Source: an uncultured Acidimicrobiales bacterium (GTDB lineage Bacteria > Actinomycetota > Acidimicrobiia > Acidimicrobiales > DATKAS01). Taken from it: a DNA stretch of 64,000 nucleotides. The stretch is taken from contig CAVUAV010000011.1 in the NCBI GenBank assembly GCA_963739555.1, positions 92,558 through 156,557 on the forward strand, given 5' to 3'. Of this stretch, positions 30,444 through 39,355 are shown one piece after another (the first letter of the stretch is position 1; each line of letters starts with the position of its first letter). The notes under the pieces were generated by a model. It ran no database searches. It had not been told where the DNA came from and saw only the letters and a list, made by a program, of their open reading frames with translations. The translations under genes were made by a program, and so were the position numbers.

Positions 30444-31016
30444 CTACGCAGGTGTCGTGCGGTCCGCGAGGTGCGCGGCGCGGCTGTCGTAGAAGGCGTC
30501 GATGTCGCCGAACTCGGCCTCGTCGGCGAACGCTGCCTGTGTCGTCGCGACGATCTCGTCGTTGGACTTCGTCAGGTCGAGCGGCTTCGCCTGCGGTTGC
30601 TGGACGTGCCAAGGCGTGTCGATGAACACCTCGACTCCGTTGTGCTCGGGATCCGAGAAGTAGATCGACCACACGTTGCCGTGCGTGAGCGGCATGATGT
30701 CGCTCACTTCGGCGTGCTCCTCGAGTACGGAGAGCAGGCCCCTGAGGTCGTCGAGCGTCCCGGCCGAGCGGTAGGCGGTGTGATGGACGCTGTTCGACTT
30801 GTCCGGCTCGGGCCGACCGGTGATGAACGCGACCTGGTGGTGATGGTTCGCGATCTGTGAGAGGAACACGATCTCGTTCGGACCGAGCGGCCCGCGATCG
30901 GCGACCTCGAATCCCAGCACGTCGCGGTAGAACGCGATCATCTTCTCCGCGTCGTGGACGTAGACAACGGTGTGCGCGACTTCGAGACGGAGTCGGTCAG
31001 CAGACGGCATCGACAA
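30444..31016 (-). CDS. VOC family protein
   Basis: HTVVYVHD..MIAFYRDVLGF, HHQVAF and THGNVWSIYFSDPEHNGVE. Confidence 0.88.
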   Translation of the reverse strand: MSMPSADRLRLEVAHTVVYVHDAEKMIAFYRDVLGFEVADRGPLGPNEIVFLSQIANHHHQVAFITGRPEPDKSNSVHHTAYRSAGTLDDLRGLLSVLEEHAEVSDIMPLTHGNVWSIYFSDPEHNGVEVFIDTPWHVQQPQAKPLDLTKSNDEIVATTQAAFADEAEFGDIDAFYDSRAAHLADRTTPA

Positions 31017-31032
31017 CCTCCTGGGATCGGGT

Positions 31033-31653
31033 TCAGCGCGGCGTGTCGGCTTCCATCGTGACCTCGAGCCGTGCTCGCGACAACAGGTCGTAGGCAGCAG
31101 CCTGCCGGGCGGGAGGCCGCCAGTCGAGCACCGCCGCCTCCACGATCACCCACGACACCACCCACGAGATCGTGACCACGAGCACCGCCGTGACTGCGAG
31201 CAGGCCCGCGGCTCCTCCGTCGGCCTTGGTCGCGAGGTAGCCGAAGACGTACGCGGCGATCCAGCACACGATGGCGATCGCCATCCCGGCGGGCAGCTGG
31301 GCCAAACCCGTAGAGCGAACGGCCATCGCCTCCCGCCATGCGACGGATGACAGGGAGAGGGCGCGCCGATGGAGCGCGGCCTCCACCTCGGTCACGGGTG
31401 GGCTGATCGCAGCCGTCGGCGGCAGCACCGCGCGAACGACGATCTCGTCGGGGAGCCGTCGCACCGCCATGAGGATGGAACCCAGCTCCTCGACCCCCGA
31501 CTGCTCAGCGAACGGACGATCCGCGAATGGGTCGCTCTCGGGCTCGCGAACGAGGTCGGCGAGCTCGGAGAGCTCGACGACGACGAGACGCTCCGCGTGG
31601 ATGCGCGCGAGCTCTGCATCGAGGTCTGCGCGTGCGGCCAGGGTGAACCTCAT
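31033..31653 (-). CDS. Hypothetical membrane protein (two C-terminal TM helices)
   Basis: Coherent 206-aa ORF with a hydrophobic hairpin and SWVIVEAAVLDW. Overlaps the region just after alkB. Confidence 0.6.
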   Translation of the reverse strand: MRFTLAARADLDAELARIHAERLVVVELSELADLVREPESDPFADRPFAEQSGVEELGSILMAVRRLPDEIVVRAVLPPTAAISPPVTEVEAALHRRALSLSSVAWREAMAVRSTGLAQLPAGMAIAIVCWIAAYVFGYLATKADGGAAGLLAVTAVLVVTISWVVSWVIVEAAVLDWRPPARQAAAYDLLSRARLEVTMEADTPR

Positions 31654-31678
31654 AGCCGCGGCATCCTACGGACGGCTT

Positions 31679-32434
31679 CTACGCGCGAGCGAAGCCGGTC
31701 TCCCGCACCGTGAGGCTCAGCCTTCCGCTCGGGAGGCCGAGGCCTCGCGGCCCCGTGTTGTCGTAGACCTTCGGGACGCCGTGGTACACCCGTCGACTCG
31801 GACCACCGAACACGAGAAGGTCGCCCGAGCGCAGCGGGATGTCGACGAACGGCGCGGTTCGCCGCTCGACGCCCGCGATGCGGAACACGCAAGTGTCGCC
31901 CACGCTGATGGTGACGACAGGCGCGTCCGATGGCTCCTCGGCGTCCTGATGGAGGCCGAGCCGCGCACCCGGCGCGTACAGGTTGGCGATCACCGCGTCC
32001 GGCTCGAAGTGCTCCGCGGTCGGCGCGCCGAACGTGTCGGCGACGGCTTGTCGGGCGAGTCGGAAGATCCCAGACGGAAGCGGCTTGACCGGCGCCCCGT
32101 CGGTGTCGTCTGCGGTGCGGCTGTATGCGTACGGCTGCCAGTGCCAGCCGAGGCACACGGACTGCACGCTCATCAGGTGACCGCTCGGCACGCGTGGGTG
32201 ACGAAGACCTGCAGGCGGAAGCGCCCAGACGCGGAACTGCTCGACCAGCGACCGCTGCTCGGCGGGCGAAAGCCACCCTGAGATCACGACCACTCCGGGC
32301 GACAGCTCGGTGCGCTCTGACTGCCGCGGAAACAGCTCCATCGGCGTGGCCGCAGCACCCGATGCGAAGTCGCGGGGAAGCGAGGTCGGCACGCCGCCGA
32401 GGCGACTCGTCCCCATCGCAGACCTGCGGCTCAT
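31679..32434 (-). CDS. alkB: Alpha-ketoglutarate-dependent dioxygenase AlkB
   Basis: MSVQSVCLGWHW.PYAY, NLYAPGARLGLHQD, SGDLLVFGGPSRRVYHGV and RLSLTVR. Confidence 0.92.
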   Translation of the reverse strand: MSRRSAMGTSRLGGVPTSLPRDFASGAAATPMELFPRQSERTELSPGVVVISGWLSPAEQRSLVEQFRVWALPPAGLRHPRVPSGHLMSVQSVCLGWHWQPYAYSRTADDTDGAPVKPLPSGIFRLARQAVADTFGAPTAEHFEPDAVIANLYAPGARLGLHQDAEEPSDAPVVTISVGDTCVFRIAGVERRTAPFVDIPLRSGDLLVFGGPSRRVYHGVPKVYDNTGPRGLGLPSGRLSLTVRETGFARA

Positions 32435-32441
32435 GACAAGA

Positions 32442-32468
32442 AGACGACAGGGACGCTCCGAACGTGAG
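32442..32468 (-). promoter_or_regulatory. ECF-type promoter for alkB (probably leaderless)
   Basis: Minus strand CTCACG-ttcggagcgtccctgt-CGTCT, 7 nt upstream of ATG 32434. Confidence 0.7.
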
Positions 32469-32473
32469 CCGAC

Positions 32474-32500
32474 CTCACGAAATCGTCACCGCCGTCGTCT
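32474..32500 (+). promoter_or_regulatory. ECF-type autoregulatory promoter for the sigma-ogt-oxygenase operon
   Basis: Plus strand CTCACG-aaatcgtcaccgccgt-CGTCT, with the same boxes and 16-nt spacer as the divergent copy. Confidence 0.7.
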
Positions 32501-32529
32501 ACCAGACATCTCGTACGGTCAGGAGCCAC

Positions 32530-33018
32530 ATGCCGCGCAAGCAGCCTTTCGAGGTTGTCGTCGAGATCCACGGCGCGACGGTGCTGCGCGTCTGTCGGGC
32601 GGTCGTCGGGCCGAGCGATGCCGATGACGCGTGGTCAGAGACGTTCTTGTCCGCGATGAAGGCGTATCCCTCACTCCCCGACGACGCCAACGTCGAGGCA
32701 TGGCTCGTGACGATCGCGCATCGCCGAGCGATCGACATCGGGCGCGCTCGGTCCCGCCGGGCGGCCCCGACCGATGCGATCGCCGACGGCGTCGATCAGC
32801 GTGTACAGACGGAGCCAGCATCCGATCCCGACCTCGTCACCGCTCTCGCCGCACTTCCCGACAAGCAGCGTCAATCGGTGGCCTATCACTACCTCGCTGG
32901 ACTGCCGTACGCCGAGATCGCGGAGATCCTGGGCGGGACCCCCGAGGCCACGCGACGCGCCGCCGCTGACGGCATCGCGACGCTCCGGCGTTCACACACG
33001 AAAGGGGTGCTCCATTGA
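32530..33018 (+). CDS. ECF RNA polymerase sigma factor
   Basis: RBS AGGAG; region 2 DADDAWSETFLSAMKAY...AWLVTIAHRRAID; region 4 LAALPDKQRQSVAYHYLAGLPYAEIAEILG. Confidence 0.9.
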   Translation: MPRKQPFEVVVEIHGATVLRVCRAVVGPSDADDAWSETFLSAMKAYPSLPDDANVEAWLVTIAHRRAIDIGRARSRRAAPTDAIADGVDQRVQTEPASDPDLVTALAALPDKQRQSVAYHYLAGLPYAEIAEILGGTPEATRRAAADGIATLRRSHTKGVLH

Positions 33019-33628
33019 GCACGGAAGTCGACCTCACCAATGCACTGCAGGGCGCCGTCAGCGTCGACGACGATCACATTCGCCGGCTCCGCGAGCGGCT
33101 CGCCGCCGACGCGGAGGCCGAGCACGTGCTCGACATCGGCTACCGCACTGTCGACAGCCCCGTGGGGAGCTTGCTGCTCGCCGCGACCGAGACCGGACTG
33201 GTCAGAGTCGCCTACGCGAGCGAGGACCACGATCGCGTGCTCGAGAGCCTCTCGAGCGAGATCAGCCCTCGCATCCTGCGCCATCCTGCTCGCCTCGACG
33301 CCGCCGCCGCGAGCTCGACGAGTACTTCGACCGGCGTCGGAAGGTCTTCGGGCTGCGCCTCGACTGGCGCTTGTCGGACGGCTTCCGCGCCACCGTCCTC
33401 CATCACCTGGGCGACATCGCGTACGGGCGCACCGCCAGCTACGCGGAGGTCGCGCAGCTGGCGGGTCGTCCCAAGGCCGCCCGCGCGGTCGGGACCGCGT
33501 GCGCCAACAACCCGCTTCCCATCGTGCTGCCCTGCCATCGCGTCGTGAGGTCGGACGGCAGCATGGGCGGCTATCTCGGAGGGGTCGACGCGAAGGCGAC
33601 GCTGCTCGAGCTCGAGGCAGCCGGGTGA
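33015..33628 (+). CDS. ogt: Methylated-DNA--protein-cysteine methyltransferase (frameshift near 33305)
   Basis: YRTVDSPVGSLLLAAT, IAYGRTASYAEVA and ARAVGTACANNPLPIVLPCHRVV (PCHR active site). Confidence 0.92.
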
Positions 33629-34334
33629 CAATCGAGCAGCGGGTCGACGACCTCGATTGGGACGCCGCCTTCGCTGGCCTCGACGAGGTCGGCATCGCCG
33701 CACTCGGCCCGATCCTCGACGACGACGAGTGCAGCGAGCTCGGGGCGCTGTACGACGACGGGTCGCTGTTCCGATCGACGATCGACATGGCGCGGCATCG
33801 CTTCGGCCAGGGCGAGTACCGCTACTTCGCGTATCCGCTGCCGCGCGTCGTCGCGGAGCTTCGGGCGTCGTTCTGGCCTCACCTGCTTCCGATCGCGCGC
33901 GAGTGGGCCGCGCGGCTCGCACGCCCCGCCCCGTGGCCCGACGACTTCGAGGAATGGATCGCGCAATGCCATGCCGCCGGTCAGACTCGACCCACTCCAC
34001 TCATGCTGCGCTACGGACCGAATGACTGGAACGCGCTGCACCGCGACCTCTACGGGGATCTCGTGTTTCCGGTCCAGGTCGTCATCGGCCTCGACTGCCC
34101 GGAGCGCGACTACACGGGCGGCGAGTTCGTCGTCGTCGAGCAACGACCGCGCGCCCAGTCACGAGCGACGACGCGCACGATCCCTCTCGGACACGGCATC
34201 GTGTTCACCACGCGGGATCGACCGATCAAGTCCGCCGCGTGGATGGGCGTCCGCCCCCATGCGCCACGGCGTCAGCACGCTTGCACAGCGGCAAACGCCA
34301 GACGTTGGGCCTCGTGTTCCACGACGCCGAGTAG
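33625..34334 (+). CDS. 2OG-Fe(II) oxygenase, DUF2086-like (frameshifts near the 3' end)
   Basis: FRSTIDMARHRFGQGEYRYF, PTPLMLRY, NALHRDLYG, GGEFVVVEQRPRAQSR and MRHGVS...GLVFHDAE*. Confidence 0.85.
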
Positions 34335-34361
34335 CCCAGCGCCAGGGCCGCGCCGGCCTCC

Positions 34362-36041
34362 CTAGTCGGCGTCGGGGAAGCCGACGATCTCGACCGTGCC
34401 GGCCTTGCCGTCCACGCGCACGAGCGCACCGTTCGGGATGCGGCGGGTGCCGTCGACGGTGCCGACCACCGCGGGGAAGCCCATCTCCCGTCCCATGATC
34501 GCGGCGTGCGACGCGAAGCTCCCGTGATCGGTGACGATCGCGCCGACGACGTGGAGGAAGGAGTTGAACGACTCCCCCGTCGCCGAGGTGACGAGCACCT
34601 CGCCGTCCACGAGCTCCATGAGGTCGTCGAAGTTGCTCACGATGCGAGCAGGCCCGACGTAGACGCCGGCACTGCCACCGATGCCCATCACGACCCGCTC
34701 ATCACCCGCAGGAGCGGGCGCCTCGCCGCTGACTCCGCCGATCACGAAGCCGAGCGCGCTCATCACACGGGCAAGCGGCGGCGGGAGGGCATCGACGGGC
34801 GGCGGGGGCGGCGGGGGCGGTCCGAGCAACGGCGGCGCGCCAGCCTTGCTCAGGGCCTTGCGGGTCGCGACCCGGGCCGCGAGCTCCTCAGCCGTGGGAT
34901 TCGCGGAGCCACCGAAGATCGCGTCGATCTCCGCGCCGCGAAGGTCGAGCGTGTCGTACTTGAAGCCGATGCGACCGCGCTCGAACAGTCGGGTGCCGAG
35001 CTCGATCAGCGCGAGTCGCATCAGGCCGACCGCGGACGAGTCGCTGTAGAGACCGCGCTCGTCGCGCAGCCGGTACACGAGGCGCGCCTCGGCGAGCATG
35101 TCGTCGAAGGCGTCTCGCTGGTCCTCGGGAACCGCCTCACGGAGCTCGGCGGCCAGCGCGTCGGCGCGCTCGGTCGAATGATCGGCGTCGTAGCCGAACG
35201 CGGCTGCCAGGCGCCCGAGCACGAGGTCGGGTCGCTCGACGACCGTCGGGTTCGTGAGGTCGAAGCCCGCGGCGATGCGGAATCCGACAGCGCGGACGTA
35301 CGCATCGACGGCGGGCACTTGCTCGCGAAGCGCCGCGAGGCGGTCTGCCGCAGGCGCGTCGCCAGTCAGCAATCCCTCGGCATCGGGATCCGCGCGCAGT
35401 GCCTCGATCGCCGGCGCGATCTCGGGGTTGAGCACCCCCGACACCGGCGACCAGCCGTCGAAGACCGCAAAGATCGGCACTGGGTCACGCTGCGTCCAGC
35501 CCGCCGCGTGGAGGACGAAGTCACCGACTGCGACGAGCGCGGCGGCGTTGTAGGTGTGGTGCTGCTGCCACATCTGCGACATGTGATCCATGCACTGGTG
35601 GAGGTGGGCCCGGAGCTCTTCATCGCTCAACGCGGGAAGGTCGACCGCTGCGAGCTCACGATGCCGTGCGATGGAGCGCGGCTTTGCCTCTTCGTCCCAG
35701 TACTTGAGGGTGTCGCGCCAGATCCGGTTCGCGAAGGCCGCGTCGGCGAGCGCCGTGCGACGACCGATCTCGGCGCCGAGCTGCTCGGGCGACTTCGGAC
35801 CGTCGGGTCCCGGCACGTCGAACGGCACCGGTTGCGTGTACGGGAACCCGTTGACGAACGCGAGCTGCATGGTGTCGAGGAGCACGCCGTACGGGTCGAG
35901 TGCCGCGGAGAAGCCAGCGGCAAATCCCTTCGGATAGATCTCCTGCAGCAGCGGTGTCACCGATGCCGGCAGATGCGCTCGATCTTGCATCCACGGACCC
36001 GGACCCGGCGCTTCCCACGCTTGGTCGTTCATGTCGCCCAT
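34362..36041 (-). CDS. PEP-utilizing enzyme: substrate-binding domain plus C-terminal His swivel domain, no ATP-grasp domain
   Basis: APGPGPWMQDRAH N-terminus; C-terminal GAIVTDHGSFASHAAIMGREMGFPAVVG...VRVDGKAG. Confidence 0.8.
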   Translation of the reverse strand: MGDMNDQAWEAPGPGPWMQDRAHLPASVTPLLQEIYPKGFAAGFSAALDPYGVLLDTMQLAFVNGFPYTQPVPFDVPGPDGPKSPEQLGAEIGRRTALADAAFANRIWRDTLKYWDEEAKPRSIARHRELAAVDLPALSDEELRAHLHQCMDHMSQMWQQHHTYNAAALVAVGDFVLHAAGWTQRDPVPIFAVFDGWSPVSGVLNPEIAPAIEALRADPDAEGLLTGDAPAADRLAALREQVPAVDAYVRAVGFRIAAGFDLTNPTVVERPDLVLGRLAAAFGYDADHSTERADALAAELREAVPEDQRDAFDDMLAEARLVYRLRDERGLYSDSSAVGLMRLALIELGTRLFERGRIGFKYDTLDLRGAEIDAIFGGSANPTAEELAARVATRKALSKAGAPPLLGPPPPPPPPVDALPPPLARVMSALGFVIGGVSGEAPAPAGDERVVMGIGGSAGVYVGPARIVSNFDDLMELVDGEVLVTSATGESFNSFLHVVGAIVTDHGSFASHAAIMGREMGFPAVVGTVDGTRRIPNGALVRVDGKAGTVEIVGFPDAD

Positions 36042-36153
36042 TGCCGCCCCCTTCGCCACCGCCCGCGAGGTGTGCCCCGCAGCGGGCTGCACGGTAGTGG
36101 CCGGTTCGGAGGCGCCTCTCATCGACGACTGGCGCGCTCGCAGCTTCTGGCCG

Positions 36154-36537
36154 TCAACCCGTCGCAGGCTGGAAGAGCTCGATGACGTTGCCCGACGGAT
36201 CCAGCACGAGGATCTGGCGTCCACCCGGTCCGCTCACGACCTCGTTGCGGAAGTGCACGCCCGCATCCTTGAGGCGAGCAACCTCTGCGTCGAGGTCGGC
36301 GGTGATGAAGTGGAGGCGGTTCCATCCGCCGGGACCTGGCGTGACGCCGTCTGGCATCGGGCGGCCGGCCGAGCTCATCGGTCCGCTCAGCAACACGCGA
36401 AGGTTCCCCTTCGTGACGTCGGCGAACGCAGGCGAGCTGATCCCGACCTCGAACCCGAAGTGGGTGGAGTAGAAGTCCACCGCCTCGGCCACGTCGTTGA
36501 CCATGTACCGAACGTTCACGACCTCATCGGACGACAT
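36154..36537 (-). CDS. VOC / glyoxalase family protein
   Basis: VRYMVNDVAEAVDFY and SGPGGRQILVLDPSGNVIELFQP. Confidence 0.9.
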   Translation of the reverse strand: MSSDEVVNVRYMVNDVAEAVDFYSTHFGFEVGISSPAFADVTKGNLRVLLSGPMSSAGRPMPDGVTPGPGGWNRLHFITADLDAEVARLKDAGVHFRNEVVSGPGGRQILVLDPSGNVIELFQPATG

Positions 36538-37329
36538 GGATGCTCCTCTCGCCGTCGGCCGAGTGCGCGAGCTCGGCGATCAGCAGGTTGACGCGGACTT
36601 CGATCTCGTCGGCCGCACGCACGAATGCCGGATAGCTCTCGTCGTCGTTCGCTGCGGCAGACGGCCGGGTCGGCCATGCTCCAGTGCGCGGCCACTGGCT
36701 CGCCGGGAAACTCGGGACAGATCTCCTTGACCTTGTCGCACAGGGTGATGACACGATCGAAGCGAGCGCGCGCGAAGCGCTCGAGATGCTTGGTGGTCTG
36801 CCCGGATATGTCGATCCCTCGCTCTGACATCACCCGCACTGCGTTCGGGTGAAGAGGCTTCGGGTGGCTGCCCGCGCTTCGGGCCTCGACCACGCCCTGC
36901 GTGTGATTCGTGAGCAGCGCCTCGGCGATCTGGGAGCGCGCAGAGTTCCCCGTGCAGAGGAACAGGACGCGCTGGCTTGCGCTTCACCGCGCCGATCTGT
37001 TGCGGAACCGGTGGCGCGAGCGCGAGCGCCGGGTGCAACGCGGCTCCGGCCGACACGAAGAGCTGGCCGAAGCGGGCGAGGTCGAGCCGGTAATACGTGT
37101 CGCGCCCGTCGGCAGAGCTCTGCCGGGCCGACACGAGACCCCCTGACCGGAGCTCTCCGAGGTGATACGAGACGAGGTTCTGGGCCTTTCCGACCAGCTG
37201 AGCGACCTCGCCGGGCCGCCGGTCGCTGCGAGCGAGATGGCTCAGAAGCTGCCAGCGCAGTGGGTCCGCGACGAGCTGCAGGAACTGGAGAGGCGCTGCG
37301 TCGGCAGCAACTGTGACCACGTCATCCAC
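36524..37329 (-). CDS. ArsR HTH fused to an LMW phosphatase / ArsC-like domain (two frameshifts)
   Basis: ADPLRWQLL...QNLVSYHL...DGRDTYY; then VLFLCTGNSARSQIAE (CX5R), SAGSHP, ITLCD and HWSMADP. Confidence 0.85.
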
Positions 37330-37334
37330 AATAG

Positions 37335-37368
37335 ATCAAGTCAGATTGATACGTCAATCTGATTCGAT
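37335..37368. promoter_or_regulatory. Tandem palindromic operator for the ArsR-LMWP regulator
   Basis: ATCAA-gtcaga-TTGAT and GTCAA-tctgat-TCGAT immediately upstream of the start codon; also the inverted repeat tcagattga-tacg-tcaatctga. Confidence 0.65.
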
Positions 37369-37466
37369 GCATACCTCTCGGGGAAGTGATCGTGGAAAAC
37401 GGCGACTAGCCGCTAGGTTGGGGCGACTCGCCGCACGGGTGAGTTCATCAATGAGAAGAGATCGTT

Positions 37467-37667
37467 TTGTCTACAGGTACTGTCAAGTTCTTCAACAACG
37501 ACAAGGGTTACGGCTTCATCAGCCGTGAAGATGGCGACGACGTGTTCGTGCACTTCTCGAGCATCCAGTCGGCAGGCTTCAAGTCCCTCACCGAGGGTCA
37601 GAAGGTCGAGTTCGATGTTGCTCCCGGCCGGAAGGGTGAAGAGGCGCAGAACGTTCGCGTGATCTGA
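37467..37667 (+). CDS. csp: Cold-shock protein (CspA family)
   Basis: [23 protein letters not shown] and [13 protein letters not shown]. Confidence 0.96.
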   Translation: MSTGTVKFFNNDKGYGFISREDGDDVFVHFSSIQSAGFKSLTEGQKVEFDVAPGRKGEEAQNVRVI

Positions 37668-37690
37668 GCGCTCTGGCTCTCCCTAACGAC

Positions 37691-37714
37691 AGCCGCCGGG
37701 TCACACCGGCGGCT
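37691..37714 (+). terminator. Hairpin downstream of csp
   Basis: agccgccgg-gtcaca-ccggcggct, a perfect 9-bp stem. Confidence 0.6.
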
Positions 37715-37754
37715 GATCCATTTCTGGCGGCGGCTCGAGGAGAAGGGCGTCCTG

Positions 37755-38117
37755 ATGGCCAATCCGAGCAGGATGAAGCGCGAGATCGACAAGGCAAAGA
37801 AAGAGAAAGCGGCCGAGAAGCGTGAGCGCCGGCAGAAGACCGGCGACGCCGAGCCCGGCGAGGCGAGCATCACGCCGCCGGACGCGTCGGTTCCGACCGA
37901 CGAGCTCCTCGGTCAGCTCGAGCGCATCCATGCGCAGTTCGCCAACGACGAGATCGACTTCGAGGAGTTCGAAGCGGCGAAGGACGCGCTCATCGCCCAG
38001 CTGGCGATGGGCTGCGGAGGGAGCTGTACCCGGCCGAGGCGGCAGCCCTCACTCGACTGGCCACGGACACCGTCCGGATGCGATCAGCGAGGTGGAGACG
38101 ACCGAGCGTCCAGATGA
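37755..38117 (+). CDS. Small Lys/Arg-rich protein with a SHOCT-like motif (3' end uncertain)
   Basis: MKREIDKAKKEKAAEKRERRQK...EIDFEEFEAAKDALI. The tail overlaps the desaturase, so the real end is probably near 38015. Confidence 0.6.
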   Translation: MANPSRMKREIDKAKKEKAAEKRERRQKTGDAEPGEASITPPDASVPTDELLGQLERIHAQFANDEIDFEEFEAAKDALIAQLAMGCGGSCTRPRRQPSLDWPRTPSGCDQRGGDDRASR

Positions 38118-38916
38118 GCCACTTGCCCGGGTCGTACTGCCACCAGCGCGGGCCGTTGCGATAGTCGAACGGAAAGCGATGGTGGAAGCTGTGATAGCCC
38201 TCGCCGAAGGTGATCAACGCGGTGATGACGCTGTCACGGGCGGACGAGCGCGTGTCGTAGCGCCGCTTGCCGATCAGATGCGCGAGTGAGTTCACACAGA
38301 AGGTCGCCTGCAGCATGACTGCCGTGCGCAGGAACCCTCCGACGAGGAGGCCTCCCCACGCGTCTCCCCACTGCGCGGCGACGAGAGTAGGAAGCAGAAG
38401 CCCCACGCCGATCGCGATGAACACATAGAAGCGATGCTGCAGCCGGATGCTGGTCACCGCCGCGAGATCGGTGAGGCGAGTGACATCGGCAGAGGCCTCC
38501 CGACGACGGAACAGCCACCCGACGTGAGCGAACCACGCACCCCGCGTCACCGCGTGCGGGTCACCGGCGCCGTCGGTGTCGGCGTGATGGGCCCGATGGT
38601 CTGCACTCCACGACAGCGCGGAGTTCTGGAACGTCGCCGCGCCGAACGCGAGAAGCGCCCAGCGGACCGGCGCGACAGGGCTGTACGTGCGATGGGCGAA
38701 GAGCCGGTGATAGCCAGCGGTGATCCCCAAGCCGCAGGCCACGTAGAGGACCGCAGTCATCGCGAGCGTCGGCAACGAGGGGTTGACGACGATCCACACG
38801 AGGCCGGCGATGCCGGCGAGATGGATCAAGGACAGGCCCACGATCGTCGTCCAGCACAGCCCCGGCGGCGTGGGCACCGATGTCCTGTCGGGTCGCTCGA
38901 GAAGGTCGGTCGACAT
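37990..38916 (-). CDS. Delta-9 acyl-CoA / acyl-lipid desaturase
   Basis: His boxes GYHRLFAH, DHRAHH and GEGYHSFHHRFP; also VNSLAH and YDPGKWLI. Confidence 0.92.
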   Translation of the reverse strand: MSTDLLERPDRTSVPTPPGLCWTTIVGLSLIHLAGIAGLVWIVVNPSLPTLAMTAVLYVACGLGITAGYHRLFAHRTYSPVAPVRWALLAFGAATFQNSALSWSADHRAHHADTDGAGDPHAVTRGAWFAHVGWLFRRREASADVTRLTDLAAVTSIRLQHRFYVFIAIGVGLLLPTLVAAQWGDAWGGLLVGGFLRTAVMLQATFCVNSLAHLIGKRRYDTRSSARDSVITALITFGEGYHSFHHRFPFDYRNGPRWWQYDPGKWLIWTLGRLHLADRIRTVSVASRVRAAASAGYSSLRSPSPAGR

Positions 38917-38930
38917 GGTGCCTCCGATCG

Positions 38931-39170
38931 TCAGATGGCCGAGTAAGGGACAGGATGGTTGCCGCCGAGCTCGGCGAACCGTTCGTTCAGCGCGTGAGCG
39001 ATCAGGTCGTGATTGTGATCGCTGGCGGTCAAGGCTCCGTAGATATGGGCCTCGAGCTCGACCGGCGTGCTCATGCCACCGAGCTCGAAGTAGCGCAGCC
39101 ATAGGTCGTCGAGGCTCAAGCCCGCGTCGATACGAGCGCGGTTCAGCCTGTCGTCGGGCGCGTCAACCAT
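38931..39170 (-). CDS. Small conserved-looking hypothetical protein (79 aa), divergent from the GAF-ANTAR gene
   Basis: AGLSLDDLWLRYFELGG...ELEAHIYG...HDLIAHALNERF, the C-terminal part of ORF 38931..39677. Confidence 0.7.
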   Translation of the reverse strand: MVDAPDDRLNRARIDAGLSLDDLWLRYFELGGMSTPVELEAHIYGALTASDHNHDLIAHALNERFAELGGNHPVPYSAI

Positions 39171-39355
39171 GAGACTCAGGAGGGGAGGCGCCGAACACGC
39201 CGCTTCGACATGAGTGCTGCTCCGAATCCGGCGTGGGCATCGCCGAGCCGAACCCTCGCTGTCGAAGGCGCCGAGACGCACGGTAGCCTCTCTGCCCGAG
39301 CTGGCCACGCCAGCGGCTGTCGATTTCCGCAATCGCCACTTGGGGACCGACTCTC

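Noticed and set aside
33040-34365. 441-aa ORF suggesting an Ogt-oxygenase fusion
   Set aside because: The first ~195 aa are an off-frame reading of ogt. The oxygenase starts at GTG 33625.
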